Positions 27,481-31,913 of a DNA stretch of 31,913 bases are shown here, in pieces (within the stretch, counting starts at the first letter, position 1; each line of letters starts with the position of its first letter). The DNA lies in the IMG/VR virus record IMGVR_UViG_3300045988_119030, positions 149,411 to 181,323 of that record; one strand, 5' to 3'. A program made the position numbers and the translations under genes. The notes under the pieces were generated by a model, which was not told the origin of the DNA, searched no databases, and saw nothing but the letters and a program-made list of their open reading frames with translations. The DNA is from a virus.

Positions 27481-28066
27481 TATAATCTTTCGCTACATCT
27501 GTTCCTTCTGGAATATAGAGATAAGTGCGCGTTGACTTAGAACAAATGAAGAACCACTCTCTCCAATCGCCGTAGCGCGGGAGTCGCTTCTCAACGTGCG
27601 GAACCTGATTAGAGTAAACAACTACCGTGTCATTTGCCGGATAATTCTTAGTGCTTGTAATGCCATCAGCGCTAAGGGTAAGATAAGTGTAATAAATACT
27701 TTCACCCTCGAAAGCGCGGTAAGTATAGATATTGCCATCATCATCCATACTTGTTAACTCTTGGGCTTCCGCAATCGTATAATCATATTCGGAATAATCT
27801 TCCTTAACAGAAGACATTATAACTCCGCCAAACATACTTACGGCAAGATAAAGACAAACGCCGATCCAAAAGGCAGGAATAATTTGACGGGGAATGTCAA
27901 CGCGGTCGCGGTGAGACCAATTGCGGAAGCGCTTGGCCTTAGGATCGGAAAGAGTGCTGTAATAGCCATAGCTACAATATGCAGAATGAATGGCGAAAAT
28001 CAGAAAAATAATTAAGGTCGGTAGAACAAATCCGCCCACGAGCGTTTTCAAGAAGAAGATAAGCAT
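27467..28066 (-). CDS. Membrane protein (199 aa, two TM segments)
   Basis: Hydrophobic segments. Confidence 0.65.
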   Translation of the reverse strand: MLIFFLKTLVGGFVLPTLIIFLIFAIHSAYCSYGYYSTLSDPKAKRFRNWSHRDRVDIPRQIIPAFWIGVCLYLAVSMFGGVIMSSVKEDYSEYDYTIAEAQELTSMDDDGNIYTYRAFEGESIYYTYLTLSADGITSTKNYPANDTVVVYSNQVPHVEKRLPRYGDWREWFFICSKSTRTYLYIPEGTDVAKDYIVEK

Positions 28067-28080
28067 ATTTAAAAACTCCT

Positions 28081-28530
28081 TTAAAGAATAGGTTTAAGTT
28101 TATTGCAACAATTGAAATCTCTCATACAGCCATTTTCTTCGCTGAAACAAGAACAACCATTTTGGCAAGTATTACGAATAATGTCGGGATTACGGACATT
28201 CGTGATGGCTTGCATATTTCCAACGATTTCTCGCTTTTGGATCATTTTCGGCGTGTCGGGAGAATCATTAAACGCGCAGTTCACATTTTGTTCACAATTT
28301 GCGCATGTACTAAGTTTTGCCCAACATTTATCGCAATAAGTGTTGCCTTGATCGTCGATGATCATTTGCTTATGGAAAATTGGAGTATGACATGCTTTAC
28401 AAGTGTAATATTCACCGCAAAGAAAATTATCGCAGATCGCATGATTTGGGTCAATTGTATTGCCTGTGATTTGACATAATCCGGTCGTTGGCCGGTAATA
28501 ACCGCAGTTATTACAATAAAAAGTCATCAT
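28081..28530 (-). CDS. Cys-rich protein (149 aa) with multiple CxxC pairs
   Basis: YCNNCG...CDNFLCGEYYTCKAC...CDKC...CANC read from the translation. Confidence 0.65.
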   Translation of the reverse strand: MMTFYCNNCGYYRPTTGLCQITGNTIDPNHAICDNFLCGEYYTCKACHTPIFHKQMIIDDQGNTYCDKCWAKLSTCANCEQNVNCAFNDSPDTPKMIQKREIVGNMQAITNVRNPDIIRNTCQNGCSCFSEENGCMRDFNCCNKLKPIL

Positions 28531-28781
28531 AGCACTTTGGCAGAATATGGAGCATCTTCGCCATCAAATTTTAGAATCTTGTTAGCAAGATCGTGATTGA
28601 CGCGCAAAGGGCCATCATCAAGAGGAGTAAATGCAACAGTAATAAGATCGTCGAAATACTCTTCGGCCCAACGGCCAGCTTCTGCGAGAGTTTCCGCGAA
28701 GATAAAACCGCACGTAAGTCTATCCATTTTATCAGAGTCGTCCCAATAACGTGCTTCATAATAAACGGGGCATTGTTTCAT
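28527..28781 (-). CDS. Small hypothetical protein (84 aa)
   Basis: Clean ORF. Confidence 0.55.
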   Translation of the reverse strand: MKQCPVYYEARYWDDSDKMDRLTCGFIFAETLAEAGRWAEEYFDDLITVAFTPLDDGPLRVNHDLANKILKFDGEDAPYSAKVL

Positions 28782-28797
28782 ATTTATTTTCCTTTCT

Positions 28798-29136
28798 TTA
28801 AGAGATTGTAGAGATTAGAAAAATCTCGGGATCATCAAGGCTTTCGATGGGGATTTTGAGAAACTTTGCGTAAGCTTCCTTCATTGTGTTATTAAGGCGA
28901 TAATACTCCTGCGGAGCGATGAAGATATTGTCGATGCGGACGGCCTCGCCTGCGGAAGACTCACCGAGAAGATAGCCGAAGATAGGATTTTCGTCGTTAT
29001 CATAGTCGCTTGCGCGATGCCAATAACCTTCCTCGGTAAGCTGTTCGATAGCCTCAGCCATATTATCATAGTTTTCAAGAAGGTTCTTGGGGACTTTATA
29101 ACCACACACGAGCTTAGAACCAAAATCAACAGACAT
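28798..29136 (-). CDS. Hypothetical protein (112 aa). First gene transcribed leftward from the divergent control region
   Basis: Clean ORF. Confidence 0.6.
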   Translation of the reverse strand: MSVDFGSKLVCGYKVPKNLLENYDNMAEAIEQLTEEGYWHRASDYDNDENPIFGYLLGESSAGEAVRIDNIFIAPQEYYRLNNTMKEAYAKFLKIPIESLDDPEIFLISTIS

Positions 29137-29178
29137 TATTTATCACCTTTCAATAGTTTTTCTTTATTTTATATTTAT

Positions 29179-29207
29179 ATTATATATTAAAATTTAATAA
29201 AAATCAA
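29179..29207 (-). promoter_or_regulatory. Conserved promoter TTGATT-N17-TATAAT driving the leftward gene block
   Basis: aatcaa at 29202-29207 and attata at 29179-29184. Confidence 0.5.
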
Positions 29208-29261
29208 TAAAGCGGTTTTGTCGCCTCAGGGTAGCATAAAGACTGGATTTAATGATCGGCT

Positions 29262-29640
29262 TATCAAAAATGGTCATTTTAAATGAAAATGGTCAAAATT
29301 TTCTGATAAATGGTTAAAATTTTCTATATTTTTGTCCGTTTTTTTCTATATTTCTGGTCAAAAATTTCTGATGAAGAGATCGGATAGCAAGTATAGAGGC
29401 GGATTAGGGCAAGGGAAACCGCATAGGTAATTTTTCATAGTTCCCTATTTTTATATAGATGTCTAAATTTTAAACAAAATAGGTAAAAATTTTAGGTAAT
29501 TTTTCATAGTTCCCTATTTTTATTTAGAATTTGTAGGTAATTTTTAATAGTTAGCGATCGGTTTGGTTAGAATTTTTAAGAAATTTTTCATAGTTGCCTT
29601 TAAAAATATACTTTGGGTAAAAATTGTTAAAATTACTATT
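29262..29640. repeat. Iteron-like direct repeats of two families: TGGTYAAAAWTTTCTGAT (3 copies) and TAGGTAATTTTTCATAGTTCCC (3-4 copies). Putative replication origin / divergent regulatory region
   Basis: Repeats read directly at about 29289, 29309, 29355 and 29424, 29493, 29534, 29581. Confidence 0.55.
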
Positions 29641-29846
29641 TTAGATTTGAAGTATATATGAAGGAGGTGAAAGTATTGTCAATAGAATAGAAAAGATTTC
29701 CTGCTAATGTAGATATGAATATATTAACTTTTTTAAATAATAAGAAGATAAATGGTGAATTATATGCTTATTTGTAGAGTTTATCTGATTATAATGTGAT
29801 TAATAAATAGCATAATATTTATAAAACTTATGTATTAAAAAAATGG

Positions 29847-30308
29847 TTGCCGATTCAAAGTAAGATGTGTCAAATGCTTGGTATTAAAAGTCCTAAAACA
29901 TTAAAAACGCATTTGAATTATTTAATTGAGCAAGGGTATATTATCGAAGAAGAAGATAGATATATATTACCTGAAATGGAGAGTATATATTTTCTTATTC
30001 CGCTACCTACATTAAGATATATAAATGATAACTGTAAAGAACATATTATAAAGATATATATTTATTTAGGATAGCGTTATAAATATGCGTTAAATAATGG
30101 AAGTTAGTATGAATTTACATTAGAGGAAATTGGAGAGCATAGTGGTATAAAAGTAAAGAATAACAGCAGGGGCTATGAGATTATTAATAATGCTTTAACA
30201 TTTTTATAGAATTCAGAATTAATTGATTATGTTAGCTTTTTTGATGGATAGACGCAGAAAAAGAAATTAACAAAATTTAGTTTTGAATATAAAAATTAGA
30301 ATAGGTAA
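29847..30308 (+). CDS. Putative DNA-binding / replication-initiator-like protein with two HTH-type segments. Five in-frame TAGs (30072, 30105, 30207, 30249, 30297). Start is TTG 29847 or ATG 29865
   Basis: Track ORF 29847..30074 ends in TAG. The frame continues to TAA 30306-30308. Flanked by iterons on both sides. HTH-like segments LGIKSPKTLKTHLNYLIEQGYI and FTLEEIGEHSGIKVKNNSRGYEIINNAL. Confidence 0.45.
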
Positions 30309-30360
30309 TTTTTACTAGTTCCCGATGAGCATTTTAGGTAATTTTTCATAGATGCTTCGA
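30303..30360. repeat. Two more copies of the TAGGTAATTTTT(A/C)ATAG iteron at the 3' end of the Rep-like gene
   Basis: Direct sequence match to the 29424 family. Confidence 0.5.
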
Positions 30361-30423
30361 CTTAAATTAGGTAAAAAATCATAGATTATCTAAGTAATAA
30401 GTAGAGGGTGTTTTCTAAGTAGT

Positions 30424-30473
30424 TTGTATGATACAAACGATCGGCATCCGCCTCACTTTGTATCATACAAACG
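30424..30473. promoter_or_regulatory. Two near-identical palindromes GTTTGTATGATACAAAC and TTTGTATCATACAAACG about 30 bp apart. Candidate operator pair upstream of gene 30506..30709
   Basis: Palindromes read directly. Confidence 0.45.
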
Positions 30474-30505
30474 TTTGATTTTTAAATGAAAAGAAGGGTA
30501 ATAAA

Positions 30506-30709
30506 ATGAAAAGAAATTTATATCAATTTGATTTTAGTATGTATAGTTTAGCAGGAATGCCAGGTAATGATAAAAATTTACAATCAGATTTTGCCAGAGG
30601 GTTGATAGAAATGTATTATAAAGGTAGATATACAGGCAATAATAAATTAGTTAAATAGTATTTTGAAGAATTAACTGATAAATATATGATTGATCATAAT
30701 ATTAAATAA
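30506..30709 (+). CDS. Small protein (67 aa) with an in-frame TAG at 30656-30658
   Basis: ATG after AGAAGGG. TAA stop at 30707-30709. Confidence 0.4.
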
Positions 30710-30722
30710 GGAGTAAAAAGTA

Positions 30723-31046
30723 ATGGCATATAGTTATGAAGATGTAGTAAGAGGTGGAAAGGGTAATATGTCAATAATAAGATTTGTAAGAGGAACGCAA
30801 GAATAGTTTGATAAAATGGATAAAACAGGTATTATACAACCTAATATATATATGAAAGATGATATTCTTTATTTTGTTGTTCCAGATGATACAAAACCAG
30901 TAAAGGTAAAGTATGATGATAGAAAAGTAGAATGGAATGAATCAGGAGTAGGAAGTTTAGTTAAAAATAATGATAGACCTGAATCAATAGAAGAGAATCC
31001 ATTCTTACAAGAGTCAATTAACTCGGATACTACGTATCCTCGTTGA
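30723..31046 (+). CDS. Hypothetical protein (107 aa) with an in-frame TAG at 30804-30806 that joins it to track ORF 30816..31046
   Basis: RBS AAGGAG before ATG 30723. TGA stop. Confidence 0.5.
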
Positions 31047-31214
31047 TAAGGGTATAAATGCCCTCGTTTATAGGGGTATTATTTGATTTATAATAAATAA
31101 TATATTATAATATATATAATAAAAGAAAAAATGAAATGAAAATTTGAATTGAAAGGAGAAAAGACGGGGTAGGGTAAAATGAAATGAAATTCCCGGCCCG
31201 TCCGGCCTGAGGAC

Positions 31215-31601
31215 GTGAAATTTGATACTAAAACCTTAAAAGAGAATAATGGAGAAAAGGTAGGCGTCTTCCGCAATTGGAATGTTATTGCAACTACTAA
31301 GAAAGAGTTCTTTAATAGAGAGGATACGCGAGGCGCATACCTTATTTGGGACGACTGTAATAAGTTGGTTTTTCATGGTAAGGTTCTTGGTCGAATTACT
31401 GAGCAAGGTAGAGTGGAATATATCGAGAATGAATATAGTTATGTGAGGCCCGTGCTTGAAGAGAGACCAACTTCGGGCACAAGTGCCCTCGTTAATGGGG
31501 TTGCTTCTGGATCGGAAGATGTGGATCTTAGCAAGCGCACACTTGCCGATGACATTCTTGATAGTGCATTTAAGACAAAGTTAGAAGAGCTTTTAGCATA
31601 A
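31215..31601 (+). CDS. Hypothetical protein (128 aa), GC-rich (~45%). GTG start with poor RBS spacing, so the start is uncertain
   Basis: Clean ORF with no internal Met. Preceded by an ATG-AAA-TGA mini-ORF in the same frame. Confidence 0.5.
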   Translation: MKFDTKTLKENNGEKVGVFRNWNVIATTKKEFFNREDTRGAYLIWDDCNKLVFHGKVLGRITEQGRVEYIENEYSYVRPVLEERPTSGTSALVNGVASGSEDVDLSKRTLADDILDSAFKTKLEELLA

Positions 31602-31610
31602 GGAGGATAT

Positions 31611-31685
31611 TATGAGTGGTATTATTTGGTTTTTAATTGGTGTAGCTGTTGGATATTGCCTATGGAACGCTGGAAGAGACCGATA
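31611..31685 (+). CDS. Tiny hydrophobic peptide (24 aa, one TM segment)
   Basis: RBS AAGGAGG 7 nt upstream of ATG 31611. Confidence 0.35.
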
Positions 31686-31789
31686 ATAGACCTATATTGG
31701 TTGATTCGCTTCTGGATAACAATTAAATTAATGGGTTCGGAGTCGGAAGACGTGAAGTAATTATATGCTTTGAGAATTGTTGAAAGTGT

Positions 31790-31913
31790 GAAAATGTTAG
31801 TAATTGTTAAAAACTAATATTGTTAAAAATAAAAAATTGCTTTGAAATTGTTAAAATTACTAAAATTGCTGGAAATTACTGAAAATTGTAGAAATTACTG
31901 AAAATTGTAGAAA
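31790..31913. repeat. Tandem direct repeats (ATTGTTAAAA x4 and GAAATTACTGAAAATTGTAGA x2) running off the window end
   Basis: Repeats read directly. May mark a genome terminus, a packaging site or a second origin. Confidence 0.5.

Noticed and set aside
29676-29865. Possible long 5' extension of the Rep-like gene from TTG 29676 behind the strong RBS GAAGGAGGTG
   Set aside because: Careful re-indexing shows this frame hits TGA at 29784-29786, and the Rep frame has TAA at 29811-29813. The extension does not exist. The strong RBS may serve a tiny upstream ORF or be a decoy.
31179-31217. ATG-AAA-TGA mini-ORF in frame with gene 31215..31601 as evidence of TGA readthrough or selenocysteine
   Set aside because: TGA is used as an ordinary terminator by many genes in the window. 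No SECIS-like element was seen. A GTG start or a leader peptide is the more conservative reading.

Overview
This window is almost certainly part of a phage (or phage-like mobile element) from a low-GC Gram-positive (Firmicutes-type) host: genes are densely packed and nearly unidirectional on the minus strand, with AGGAGG-type ribosome-binding sites, TTGACA-N17-TATAAT promoters and hairpin terminators. The most important feature visible in the sequence is stop-codon recoding: TAG is used as a sense codon, most likely Gln, while TAA and TGA terminate every gene. Once TAG is read through, several apparent ORF gaps become long genes. The layout is: (i) 1-9800, a very AT-rich minus-strand operon. 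It is led by a Tyr/Asn/Ser-rich tandem-repeat protein and encodes three radical SAM enzymes, one of them with a SPASM domain and another fused or coupled to a family-2 glycosyltransferase domain with 12 in-frame TAGs. It also encodes a YcaO-domain protein and several small Cys- or Asn-rich proteins. This is a candidate novel peptide/protein maturation (RiPP-like) system. (ii) 9800-29136, a block of about 45 minus-strand genes of somewhat higher GC. Each small transcription unit is preceded by a conserved promoter/5'UTR motif and several carry terminators. The block contains two large paralogous proteins and an MH-clan metallopeptidase that all share Cys-rich zinc-ribbon tails. It also contains a metallophosphoesterase, a triple zinc-finger DUF559/Vsr-like nuclease with 9 TAGs, a lipoprotein, a cluster of small membrane proteins and many small acidic proteins that are anti-defence candidates. 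(iii) 29137-31913, a divergent control region rich in iteron-like direct repeats flanking a plus-strand HTH Rep-like gene with 5 TAGs. This is a putative replication origin. It is followed by small plus-strand genes, palindromic operators and terminal tandem repeats. No rRNA, tRNA or CRISPR array was found by eye.
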